From positions 1,312,001 to 1,376,000 of the forward strand of contig OY760686.1 of the NCBI GenBank assembly GCA_963663865.1: a stretch of DNA of 64,000 nucleotides, given 5' to 3'. A model generated the notes under the pieces. It was not told the DNA's origin and did not search any database. It saw only the letters and a list, made by a program, of their open reading frames with translations. The translations under genes and the position numbers were made by a program. Below, piece after piece: positions 8,702 through 17,258 of the stretch. The stretch is from Spirochaetota bacterium (GTDB taxonomy: Bacteria; Spirochaetota; UBA4802; UBA5550). The first letter of the stretch is position 1. Every line of letters starts with the position of its first letter.

Positions 8702-9546
8702 CGGGCAGCCTCCTGAACTTCGCGTCTGATTGATTTAAAAAGTCCTTCTATCATTACTCTGTATTTGCTGTTGACATCAGTAAGTATTATCCCGCGGGAG
8801 TAGGCCTCCGCTACAGCTCTGTCTTCAGGAACCTCAAGAAGCAGGGGAATTATTTCTGATGCACAGTATTCGCGTACGCTTTCATCCCCCGAATCGGATC
8901 TGTTTATAACAACTCCGAAGGGAATGCAGAGCTTTCGCACGGTTTCGACGGCTAACTTCAGGTCATTGAGTCCGAAGGGTGTCGGTTCTGTCACGAGAAC
9001 GATGTAATCCGCATTTTCAACCGAGGTTACCATGGGACATGAAGTCCCCGGAGGCGAATCGATAATAACCGTTTCCGCGTCGGAGGCCATTCGTTTAAGC
9101 TCCCTTATCAGAGGAGGGGACATGGCTTTGCCAATGTCCAGAAGACCGCTCATAAGTCTCACTTTGCCGTGTACCGAAACTGTTATTTCGCCTGTCTTTG
9201 AAGGCTCTTCCGTGATAGCCTTTTCCGGGCAAACGAGCGTACAGCCTCCGCATGAATGGCATAGCTCCGGGAAAACCGAGGCCTTTCCCTTGATTATTAC
9301 TATGGCATTAAAGCGGCAGATATCCCTGCACTTGCCACATCCTGTGCAGCTGTCGGTATTTATCACCGGCACATCGACATGGAAATCTTCAGTGCTCACC
9401 GGCTCATTTCCAAAAAACAGGGCGGCATTAGGCTCTTCCACATCGCAATCGAGAAGGGTGACCGGGCCTGACGAGGCCTTTGCCAGTGAAGCTGAAATGG
9501 TCGTTTTCCCGGTGCCGCCCTTGCCTGAAGCTATAGCGATAATCAC
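8698..9546 (-). CDS. MinD/CobQ-like P-loop ATPase with 2x[4Fe-4S] ferredoxin insert (paralog)
   Basis: SGKGGTGKT, DCDVEEPN, CTGCGKCRDIC, CHSCGGCTLVCP, DSPPGTSCP. Confidence 0.9.
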   Translation of the reverse strand: MIIAIASGKGGTGKTTISASLAKASSGPVTLLDCDVEEPNAALFFGNEPVSTEDFHVDVPVINTDSCTGCGKCRDICRFNAIVIIKGKASVFPELCHSCGGCTLVCPEKAITEEPSKTGEITVSVHGKVRLMSGLLDIGKAMSPPLIRELKRMASDAETVIIDSPPGTSCPMVTSVENADYIVLVTEPTPFGLNDLKLAVETVRKLCIPFGVVINRSDSGDESVREYCASEIIPLLLEVPEDRAVAEAYSRGIILTDVNSKYRVMIEGLFKSIRREVQEAAR

Positions 9547-9902
9547 CAGTGCCCCTCCACGTCGGCGTTGTCGACTGTCTTGAGCTCTCCGTTCTTCAGA
9601 GCGGCTATGGCCTCCCTTACAGAACCGCTTTCTCTCAGGTATATTTTAATGCCTGCCTGGCTGAGTGTGCGGAAGGCCTTGGGGCCGACATGGCCTGTTA
9701 TTACCGCCTCCGCTCCGGAATCGGCGACATTCTGAGCTGACTGAATCCCGGCGCCCTGTGCGGCGTTGAGGTTCTGAATATTGTCGATAACGCTGAAATC
9801 GTTGTTTTCAGTATCAGCGATGATGAATCCCGGGGCACGGCCGAAGCGGCTGTCAACCTGCGCGTCCATGTCCTTCCCTGATGTTGTAATTGCTATTTTC
9901 AT
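9543..9902 (-). CDS. Orange protein (ORP)-like NifB/NifX-family protein
   Basis: VDSRFGRAPGF, AQGAGIQSAQ, ITGHVGPKAF.L; adjacent to the two Fe-S ATPases as in Desulfovibrio orp clusters. Confidence 0.85.
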   Translation of the reverse strand: MKIAITTSGKDMDAQVDSRFGRAPGFIIADTENNDFSVIDNIQNLNAAQGAGIQSAQNVADSGAEAVITGHVGPKAFRTLSQAGIKIYLRESGSVREAIAALKNGELKTVDNADVEGHW

Positions 9903-9925
9903 GTTTCCTCTTTAAGAATGAAGTT

Positions 9926-10282
9926 CTAAGCCGCTGAGATGATTCCACCTGTTTGTATGTATTCTTCCACAATTTTCGCTGATATCTCAACGCATTCCCG
10001 GCAGGTAATTGAGCCTGATTTTTGAATGTCGCTGCAGCGTGTCATTCCTCCGGTTAAGGATTTGAACTTTTTAACGATACCTTTTTCAAGATCAGCTCCA
10101 CACAGCCTGATGGCCGCGTAAAGAGCGCCGCACATGCCGCAGGGCGCCTGTCCGGTACCGAACCTTTCGAACTGCTTAATCATCGAAGCACTTATTCCGC
10201 AGTACTTTTCGGCTGAGTAGCACACGGCCTGGGCCGAGTTGCCCCGGCCGCGAGTGTAGTAGCCTGAAGCCGTGATTTTCAT
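9926..10282 (-). CDS. C-GCAxxG-C-C family putative redox protein (first Cys replaced by Ser)
   Basis: GNSAQAVC, MCGALYAA, C...C..C; aligns end to end with 2024-2377. Confidence 0.7.
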   Translation of the reverse strand: MKITASGYYTRGRGNSAQAVCYSAEKYCGISASMIKQFERFGTGQAPCGMCGALYAAIRLCGADLEKGIVKKFKSLTGGMTRCSDIQKSGSITCRECVEISAKIVEEYIQTGGIISAA

Positions 10283-10608
10283 TTCCCGCTCTCAAGCTCG
10301 TTGAGTCTTTTTTCCATGCGTTCTACTTCTCCGCGCAGAAAGTTGAGGTTTTCTTCAAGCATGTTTTTTTCACCCTCAGGTCCAGCGCCTGAATAGTCCG
10401 CCCCGTATCGGGCGTCTGCCTGAAAAGGGTAGCCGAAACCCCTTCTAAAGCCGAACCAGCCGCCTCCGCCTCCGCGTCTGAAAAAGCCCCGTCCGAAACC
10501 GCAGCCTCTGTTGTAATTTCCGGGGGCATTGTTTCCAGTACATAAACCTGCTCCCCGTCCTGTCATTGGTCCGAATCCCTGCGGACCTGTTCTGTCACCA
10601 AATGGCAT
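10279..10608 (-). CDS. DUF5320-like Gly/Arg-rich protein with C-terminal coiled coil
   Basis: MPFGDRTGPQGFGPMTGRGAGLC; G/R/F-rich middle; heptad C-terminus; SD AGGAGG. Confidence 0.85.
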   Translation of the reverse strand: MPFGDRTGPQGFGPMTGRGAGLCTGNNAPGNYNRGCGFGRGFFRRGGGGGWFGFRRGFGYPFQADARYGADYSGAGPEGEKNMLEENLNFLRGEVERMEKRLNELESGK

Positions 10609-10626
10609 GTCGACCTCCTTTGTACA

Positions 10627-10992
10627 TCAGCGGTTACGGCATCCGCGTCTTCTGCATCGTCTTCGGCATCCCGGCATGGCGAACGATTCGTCAATCTCAC
10701 CGGATATAAATGCCCGAATTACAGCATCTGAGCAGCCGGCGATGAATGAGTGAACCTCAATGCCTTCGCCGGCAAAGGCTTCCTCTGCCCATCTTGATGC
10801 CGCTCCGCAAATTAACCTTGAAACGCCCTGACCGGAAAGCCTCTGAGCTGTTTCGTGGGGCGGAGCGCCTCCTGTTTTGAGACAGGAAACCTCTCTGTAG
10901 CCGCCGCCGTCTTTCTCGAAAATTAAAAAGGTCCCCGAGGAGTCAAGCACAGGCGCGACCCTGCCGTTCCATATTGATATTGCCGTGTACAT
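10627..10992 (-). CDS. NifB/NifX-family protein with Cys/Arg-rich tail
   Basis: RVAPVLD, LICGA.S, FAMPGCRRRCRRRGC. Confidence 0.82.
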   Translation of the reverse strand: MYTAISIWNGRVAPVLDSSGTFLIFEKDGGGYREVSCLKTGGAPPHETAQRLSGQGVSRLICGAASRWAEEAFAGEGIEVHSFIAGCSDAVIRAFISGEIDESFAMPGCRRRCRRRGCRNR

Positions 10993-11003
10993 GCCAGTAT
11001 ATA

Positions 11004-11019
11004 AGCAAGAACTGTGCCA
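11004..11019 (-). promoter_or_regulatory. sigma54 (-24/-12) promoter of the ORP-like operon
   Basis: TGGCAC-AGTTC-TTGCT matches TGGCAC-N5-TTGCW; next to a sigma54 activator gene. Confidence 0.9.
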
Positions 11020-11079
11020 GCTTTAACGGCCTCTGAATGAAGCATTATTGGGTATTTCGGGGCATTTTTAAGGGCTTTG

Positions 11080-11127
11080 TGTCTCAGAAATGCGACAACA
11101 GGGCATTGGTGTCGCGCGAATGCGACT
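11080..11127. promoter_or_regulatory. two candidate enhancer (UAS) palindromes for the PAS sigma54 activator
   Basis: TGTCTCAGAAATGCGACA (11080-11097) and TGTCGCGCGAATGCGACT (11110-11127), 30 bp apart. Confidence 0.6.
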
Positions 11128-12469
11128 AATCTGTATTTCTGGGGGGGATATGTATACCGAGCGAGCTTATCCTCCGATATATGGTGGACCTGTCAATTCC
11201 CAGCGCCCTGGCAGCTGCATCGGCGCTGAAGCCGTTTTCAGAAAGGGCTTTCTCAATGATCAACCGCTCGGCCTCAAGCCTGGCCTCCTTAAGGGATATT
11301 TCCGGAGCGGGCTTTGTGTCCGCGGCTGAGTTTTGAATCTCGGGGGGAAGATGTTCCATTTCGATAGTCCTGCCTGTGCACAGCAGGACGGCCCTTTCAA
11401 CGGCGTTTTCGAGTTCGCGGATATTGCCGGGCCAGCTGTACGAGTTGAAGGCTTCATACACCGCTGAAGAAAATCCGTTTATGTGCCTGTTCATCGATGC
11501 CCTGAACTTGACAAGGAACCTTTCGGCAAGGGCTGGAATGTCTTCGCGCCTGTCTCTCAGGGGCGGCAGCTCAAGGGTTATGATGTTAATCCTGTAGTAA
11601 AGGTCCTGCCGGAAGCTGCCTTCGTCAACCATCTGCTTGAGGTTTCTGTTTGTGGCGCATATTATGCGGCACTGGGACTTCTCAGCCCTGGTAGCGCCCA
11701 GTGGTTCATATTCCTTTTCCTGAAGCACCCGGAGCAGCTTCACCTGAAGGCTCTGGGGCATTTCGCCTATTTCATCAAGAAAGAGAGTTCCTCCCGCGGC
11801 GATGGCGAAGCGTCCAGGTTTGTCGCGGTCGGCTCCGGTAAAGGCCCCCTTTCTGTAACCGAACAGCTCCGATTCCAGCAGGTTCTCGGGGAGAGCTCCG
11901 CAGTTGATTGGGACGAATGACGCTTTTTTTCGGGGACTGAGATCGTGAATACGGCGCGCGGTGACCTCCTTTCCAGTCCCCGTGTCACCCTGAATGAGGA
12001 TAGTGCTCGGACTGTCAGCTATCACCGGGAGCATATCCAGCAGCTTAATCATCGCCGGACTTGCGGATGTATGTTCGTGGCCGGAAGCCGCCTTCAAACC
12101 GTTTTTAAGAGTCTCTATTTCAGTCAGGTCGCGGAAGGTCTCAGCCCCGCCGATGACCTTACCGTCCTCGTCAATCAGAAGCGCGGTCGAAACGCTGATC
12201 GGAATTCTCCTGCCGCTTCCAGTGACGATGAAGCCCTGCCTGTTGATGATGGGCTTCCCGCCCTTCATGGTTTTTCTGAGGGGGCATTCGCTTTCGCACA
12301 TGTTGGATTTAAAAATCTCTGAACAGAGCGAGCCGATGGCGTCGCCCCGTCTGATGCCGGTGATTTTTTCTGCGGCACTGTTGAACGAGGTTATCCGCCA
12401 TTCGGTATCGACCGTGAAAACCCCGTCAGATATGCTCTCCAGAATGATTGATGTCAGGCGGTTTTCCAT
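11126..12469 (-). CDS. PAS-domain sigma54-dependent activator, OrpR-like
   Basis: PAS with C-X8-C-X3-C; GDTGTGKE, ESELFG..KGAFTGA, FLDEIGE, WPGNIRELEN; Fis-type HTH. Confidence 0.92.
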   Translation of the reverse strand: MENRLTSIILESISDGVFTVDTEWRITSFNSAAEKITGIRRGDAIGSLCSEIFKSNMCESECPLRKTMKGGKPIINRQGFIVTGSGRRIPISVSTALLIDEDGKVIGGAETFRDLTEIETLKNGLKAASGHEHTSASPAMIKLLDMLPVIADSPSTILIQGDTGTGKEVTARRIHDLSPRKKASFVPINCGALPENLLESELFGYRKGAFTGADRDKPGRFAIAAGGTLFLDEIGEMPQSLQVKLLRVLQEKEYEPLGATRAEKSQCRIICATNRNLKQMVDEGSFRQDLYYRINIITLELPPLRDRREDIPALAERFLVKFRASMNRHINGFSSAVYEAFNSYSWPGNIRELENAVERAVLLCTGRTIEMEHLPPEIQNSAADTKPAPEISLKEARLEAERLIIEKALSENGFSADAAARALGIDRSTIYRRISSLGIHIPPRNTD

Positions 12470-12543
12470 ATTATTAGATTGTATGGTGTCTGCGAATATG
12501 TCAAGAAGGAAGCGGTGTCAGGCCGGCAATACCCCGAATTGAC

Positions 12544-13392
12544 TCAATTGTCCGAAAGAATCGCGTGTGTTCCCGGCTTCAGTCCGGTGTGGTCTGCTAT
12601 GACCGGGCATTTAACCTTAAACAGGAAGCTGACCGGACGTCCGCAGTCAGAGAGGGTCTCGTAATTTCCCTGACCTTTCGCGATTACAAGATCGGTGCTA
12701 TGGAACAGTGAGATAAACTCCTCCGAACAGTCCGCGAGAATGGTTCCAGGAGCGTCCGAGCCGTTTGAGATGATGTCGGCGGCGCTGTCAATTCCAGCGG
12801 TCAGAGCGTCTTCAATGGTGGCATCATTAATTACAGGAAAACCTCTGACGGCAACAGTGACATTGCCCGGCAGAAGCTCAATAAGCGGCCCGTCAAAGAC
12901 AATCTCTCCGGCGTTGTCAGTAAGGTATAGAATACTATCAGCGTTGAGCACCTTTGCCCTGAAGCTATCAAAATCACCATGAAGCTCTGTCTCAAAGGCC
13001 CTGTTCATGGCTGTTTCGACTTCGTCCTCTGAAAGAGAGGTTTTGGCGCCGGAATCAATCACATTACCCGCTATAGCCAGTCTTACAGCGTCAAGTAGAG
13101 GATCAGCTGATTCCCGGATTACAGCTCTGAAGCGGGGGATGAGTTTCAGAGCCAGGGCGTTGAAACGGTCCTTTATCTGTTTGTAGGGGTCAGCAACTCC
13201 GCTTTCTGCCCGCAGCAGACGGTGAATATCGCGGGCCGTTTCCGGCGGTGTTGATCGGAAGTCAATATCGGCGATCAGGCGTGTGACCTTTCGGACAGCG
13301 TTTTCCCGAAGGGCTTCATCTTTGAATGAACAGGATGTTGCTTCAAGCGACTGCCTTATCAGGCAGGGTATACATTCAAGCGTAGATTTCAA
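12544..13392 (-). CDS. DUF89/ARMT1-like damage-control phosphatase
   Basis: ECIPC, DPYK..K, AIAGNVID, TDNAGEIVFD, INDAT, IAKGQGNYE, FKVKC; start moved to TTG 13392 with SD AAGGAG. Confidence 0.9.
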   Translation of the reverse strand: MKSTLECIPCLIRQSLEATSCSFKDEALRENAVRKVTRLIADIDFRSTPPETARDIHRLLRAESGVADPYKQIKDRFNALALKLIPRFRAVIRESADPLLDAVRLAIAGNVIDSGAKTSLSEDEVETAMNRAFETELHGDFDSFRAKVLNADSILYLTDNAGEIVFDGPLIELLPGNVTVAVRGFPVINDATIEDALTAGIDSAADIISNGSDAPGTILADCSEEFISLFHSTDLVIAKGQGNYETLSDCGRPVSFLFKVKCPVIADHTGLKPGTHAILSDN

Positions 13393-13417
13393 AATTGTCT
13401 CCTTGCGCGGTATGTTG

Positions 13418-13795
13418 TTAACGGCAGTTTTCTTCGCCAAAGCGGAGAATGTATTCCGCTATGGCCCGGTGAAGAGTGGTAACGGCCAGAATGGCGCAGT
13501 GTATCTCTATGCCGGGGATGTCCAGAAGGAAGGTGAGGACATTGCCAGGTGAAATGTTAAGCGCTTCCATTATCGTCCGTCCCTCGGACATGGAGGCGGT
13601 GATTGAGCCGCATGCCTTCGATGACACGCAGCCGTCCGTAAAGAAGGTTGTCCTTGTTATCCGCTTGTTATCGATTAGCAGATACATCTCCATTGTGTCG
13701 CCGCAGACCCCTTTGACGATGGATGACGCGTCAGGGTCGTTCATGCGCATCATGTTTGAGTCTGGATTTTCAGTAGGATCAAATACATCATTCAT
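13418..13795 (-). CDS. NifU/IscU-type Fe-S scaffold (N-terminal domain)
   Basis: GVCGDTM, TDGC.SSKACGS, IHCAILA: three scaffold cysteines. Confidence 0.88.
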   Translation of the reverse strand: MNDVFDPTENPDSNMMRMNDPDASSIVKGVCGDTMEMYLLIDNKRITRTTFFTDGCVSSKACGSITASMSEGRTIMEALNISPGNVLTFLLDIPGIEIHCAILAVTTLHRAIAEYILRFGEENCR

Positions 13796-14002
13796 AATAT
13801 TTTACCGTTAAGGTTATCATCCTCATAATGAAATTGAGATATCAATGATATGCTGAAAGCTATAATCATTCATTACAATGATGTACAGGCTCGTTACGAC
13901 TTTAATAATAGTCAAATGTTTTATTGACAAAACTTTGTATCGGATTGAGACCGGAAAAACCTGTAATTCTATTTGTCCGGCAAAACCCGGAGGAGGCACT
14001 AA

Positions 14003-14920
14003 ATGAAAAAGGTATTCGGCCCAGTTCCCTCAAGAAGGCTTGGACGATCACTGGGTGTCGATCTCGTTCCTTACAAGGCATGTTCTTACGATTGTGTGTA
14101 CTGTCAGCTTGGGCGGACTACTGACCTTACGGTTGTGCCGCGGGAGTGGTTTCCGGTTGAGGATGTGCTCAACGATGTCAGGGAAGCCCTATCCTCGGGG
14201 CCGGACTTTATTACGCTTTCCGGCTCCGGAGAGCCTACGCTGTATTCAAAAACCGGTGAACTCATTGAAGGTATAAAAGCCATTACAGATGTTCCGATAG
14301 CTGTTTTAACGAACAGCTCTCTGATGTGGAATAAGGCAGTGGCAGAGGGAATTATGGGAGCTGATCTGGTGGTGCCCTCGCTTGACGCTGGAAATCAGGA
14401 AACGTTTGTTGAGATCAACAGGCCTCATCCTCAAATAGAATACGGGGCCATGCTTGAGGGGCTGGTTGATTTTTCAAACCGCTATAGGGGTGAATTGTGG
14501 CTTGAGGTTTTTATCTCGGAAGGATATAACTCTTCGAATCGCGAGGTTGGAATGATCTCTGAGGTGGCAAAACGAATAAAAGCCCGAAGGATACAGCTGA
14601 ACACGGTAACAAGGCCGCCCGCTGAAGCGTCTGCCGTGCCGGTATGCCGAGTGACTATGCAGGAATATGCGGGCATATTCAGCCCTGTCGCGGAGGTGGT
14701 CGCGGATTACCGCGATGCCGCGGACGAGGGAGGGCACTCTGCCGGAAGGGATTCTGTCATGGAGCTTCTCAAAAGGCGCCCCTGCACGGTCGATGATATT
14801 ATCTCCGGGCTCGGCATACACAGGAATGAGGTTGTGAAATACGTTACAATTCTTGAGGGAGAGGGGCTTATTGAGAAGAGGCTTTCCGGAGGGCGGGGCT
14901 ACTATTCCGTGAAAGAGTAA
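14003..14920 (+). CDS. radical SAM protein with C-terminal HTH-like segment
   Basis: FGPVPSRRLGRSLGVD, CSYDCVYC, SGSGEPTL; SD GGAGG. Confidence 0.92.
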   Translation: MKKVFGPVPSRRLGRSLGVDLVPYKACSYDCVYCQLGRTTDLTVVPREWFPVEDVLNDVREALSSGPDFITLSGSGEPTLYSKTGELIEGIKAITDVPIAVLTNSSLMWNKAVAEGIMGADLVVPSLDAGNQETFVEINRPHPQIEYGAMLEGLVDFSNRYRGELWLEVFISEGYNSSNREVGMISEVAKRIKARRIQLNTVTRPPAEASAVPVCRVTMQEYAGIFSPVAEVVADYRDAADEGGHSAGRDSVMELLKRRPCTVDDIISGLGIHRNEVVKYVTILEGEGLIEKRLSGGRGYYSVKE

Positions 14921-14944
14921 GGGGCCTGCACCCGGCCCCTTACT
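14916..14944. terminator. hairpin between convergent genes, probable bidirectional terminator
   Basis: AGTAAGGGGCC / GGCCCCTTACT 11-bp stem. Confidence 0.6.
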
Positions 14945-14955
14945 TGAGTATGTTA

Positions 14956-16125
14956 TTATTTCTTTTCAGCAGTCAGCAGATTTGATTTTCCTGCCTTGTA
15001 GTCGTAACCGTAGCTGAAGGGCAGAACGCCTGTCGATGAATCTTTCATCTTCTTGAAAAGGTCATTCTGTTTCCTGTTAGCGAACAGAGGTATGGGAGTG
15101 TCATAGACACCGTGAACCTTCACATTCCAGCTTGATTCAGGCAGGTATCTCAGAGGCACGCCTGAGTCGTCCTGAACGATGAATCCGCTTATATCAAGAA
15201 CCGCGGCTCTGATCTTTGTGAACTTGATTTTGTCATTGTGCATCAGGTAGGACGCTGACTTGATAAATGTCATGTACGGAGCATCCTTTTTAAGATACGG
15301 TATGAAGTGCGGACTGTGTTTGTCCAGTGCAGCGTCGATAACGTTAAGCATGAAGTAGCGTACCTTTTGCAGCTTGCCGCCGTTTTTTCTGAAGGTAATC
15401 TCTACTCCGGGTATTCTCTTTGAGGAAGGCGGATTTTCCCATCGGATTTTCAGGTCAGAGTCAATTCCGTCGACCAGCTTTGAGTCTTTGTCAATCGCAA
15501 CCCTTCTTGCGTCGACTATAGTGTAATCGCATTTAGCGAGAAAGACCATGATGAGGCCGGCAATGCCGTTGAAGGAGTCGTTCCCCAGGTTCGCGGACAT
15601 CCCGATTGTTCTGAAGAAGTTGACTTTGAATATTGTGTTGAGCGACTTGCTTATCCCGTTAAGGCCTTCTCGCATTTCCTTATCGTTCTTTGAGAACGGG
15701 TCCGGAATAATGCCGGGTGATTCCAGTCCGAACATAGTGTAGGTGTCTCCGTCAGGGAAGAAGGCCAGCACATTCATTATATCGGGTCCGCTGAAAGGGT
15801 ACAATATGCTGCCCTCAGTTTTAGCCGGCGCGTGGTCGTTCCACCAGGCCTTCATTTTTTTGAGGTTGCCTTCCTGAAACCTGCTCCATCCCCTGGAAAT
15901 CTGAGCGCTGTAGGACTTGTAGTATGAGCTTTTTGTGAACGCGTATAGCTTTGATTCCTCGGGAAGAGGCTTGCCCGCGAGGAACAGCGCTGTTTCGTTT
16001 AAAGGAAGGGCGGTTTCCTGTACCGGGCTGTCGTTTCCAGGCGATGCCGCTTTGCACGAAACAGTTAGAGAGAGGCAGATAACCGCCAGCAGGTAAAATG
16101 TGTTTTTGAAAGAGTTAATCTTCAT
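14956..16125 (-). CDS. conserved hypothetical lipoprotein
   Basis: lipobox LTVSC; enzyme-like blocks YPFSGPD, KSASYLMH, QDDSGVP, LPFSYGY. Confidence 0.75.
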   Translation of the reverse strand: MKINSFKNTFYLLAVICLSLTVSCKAASPGNDSPVQETALPLNETALFLAGKPLPEESKLYAFTKSSYYKSYSAQISRGWSRFQEGNLKKMKAWWNDHAPAKTEGSILYPFSGPDIMNVLAFFPDGDTYTMFGLESPGIIPDPFSKNDKEMREGLNGISKSLNTIFKVNFFRTIGMSANLGNDSFNGIAGLIMVFLAKCDYTIVDARRVAIDKDSKLVDGIDSDLKIRWENPPSSKRIPGVEITFRKNGGKLQKVRYFMLNVIDAALDKHSPHFIPYLKKDAPYMTFIKSASYLMHNDKIKFTKIRAAVLDISGFIVQDDSGVPLRYLPESSWNVKVHGVYDTPIPLFANRKQNDLFKKMKDSSTGVLPFSYGYDYKAGKSNLLTAEKK

Positions 16126-16290
16126 TGATAGATCCTCGTTTTCTGATTATGGTTTTTCTTAGTGTGTGAGATTATAATTTATGGAACAGGGCTTATGGGG
16201 CTGTCAAGTGGAATATTTGGGATATTTTTACTTGACGAAAGCCCTGAATGCGTGGACAAAATACTAAAAATCTTGTTCAGGAAGTCTTTA

Positions 16291-16782
16291 ATGCATAAAA
16301 AGTTGAGTTTTCTATTTTGTTTTTTAGCGATTATTCTTCTTTCCTGCGCCAGGGTTCCGGACACAATTGATTCTCCCAGCCTGAAAGTCGATTATTCCAT
16401 AGAGAATAACTCTGAGGTGTTCACGGTCTTTTTCAGCGGAGGACTGAGAAACGAGAATTCAGACATTGTTTTTTCGGAAGTGACCGGAAGCGCTGATTTC
16501 TACGTTAAAGGGAACAGTGAGCCTGTTGAACGATTCAGTTTTTACCTTAAAGAGATAATGCCATTCGAAACAGGTATCATCGAAGCTGAGGAGGCAAGGA
16601 CAAAGGAGAGCATAGCCGGTTTTCTGGGGCTAATGGAGCTCGACCGTTCACAGATAGTGAGCGATGGAACATCAGGCGGGTTTTTCCCTGAACCTGGATC
16701 GGTCAGACTCAGCGATTTGAAATTTAAAAAAATACCAATCAACAAATATATCAGAGGAAAGGTTAATGAAGAGAATAAATGA
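16291..16782 (+). CDS. hypothetical lipoprotein
   Basis: start moved to ATG 16291, giving MHKKLSFLFCFLAIILLSC lipoprotein signal. Confidence 0.7.
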   Translation: MHKKLSFLFCFLAIILLSCARVPDTIDSPSLKVDYSIENNSEVFTVFFSGGLRNENSDIVFSEVTGSADFYVKGNSEPVERFSFYLKEIMPFETGIIEAEEARTKESIAGFLGLMELDRSQIVSDGTSGGFFPEPGSVRLSDLKFKKIPINKYIRGKVNEENK

Positions 16783-17212
16783 CAGCAGGCTCTATTTCTG
16801 GTTCGCGTCGTCAGCTCTGGCGCTCGGTTTAATAACAGGAGCAATATCGTCGTATTCGTATTTTTTTGTTGAATCTGAAGTCAGAGAGCTGCTGAACAAA
16901 GAGAGCGATTATCACAAAAACTACTCCGCGGCTTATGTTATACTCCGCGATCCGCAGATATTCGCGCTCTATGAGCATTTCGACGCGGAAGGCGCTGCTG
17001 TAAAGAATTCGCTCCGCTACTTTGATTCCCGCATTTCATCTGGTGCTGAATTTGACAGGCAGGACAAGAAATACCTCGAAGTTCTTATGGACCGCCGTGA
17101 GAAGGGCTCGCTTCTCGGAATGAAGTCTATGCTTTTTCTGTTTTTAGTAAGCCTGCTGGGCTGGGCGGCCTTTGCCTTTGAAAAAATCTCCAGCCGGAGA
17201 GACGGGGCTTAG
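16766..17212 (+). CDS. hypothetical membrane protein (2 TM)
   Basis: hydrophobic N- and C-terminal helices; SD AGAGGA; overlaps upstream gene. Confidence 0.7.
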   Translation: MKRINDSRLYFWFASSALALGLITGAISSYSYFFVESEVRELLNKESDYHKNYSAAYVILRDPQIFALYEHFDAEGAAVKNSLRYFDSRISSGAEFDRQDKKYLEVLMDRREKGSLLGMKSMLFLFLVSLLGWAAFAFEKISSRRDGA

Positions 17213-17258
17213 AGGATATGGGAAGTCCGACAGGTTTGCTGTTCTGTGGAAGACTGAG

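Noticed and set aside
12478-12504. sigma70 promoter TTGACA-N15-TACAAT for the activator gene (minus strand)
   Set aside because: Good hexamers but a 15-nt spacer is atypical; not called without TSS data.
6636-13795. nitrogen fixation (nif) cluster
   Set aside because: NifB/NifX- and NifU-like domains are present, but there is no nifH/D/K/E/N; gene content matches ORP-type loci.
2024-13795. selenoproteins (UGA read-through) among the Cys-rich redox proteins
   Set aside because: ORFs end at family-typical C-termini, and the Cys-to-Ser change in 9926-10282 is a TCG codon.
13825-13850. Fur or FNR box in the nifU/radical SAM divergent region (ATTGAGATATCAAT)
   Set aside because: Arm spacing fits neither the Fur 7-1-7 nor the FNR TTGAT-N4-ATCAA consensus.
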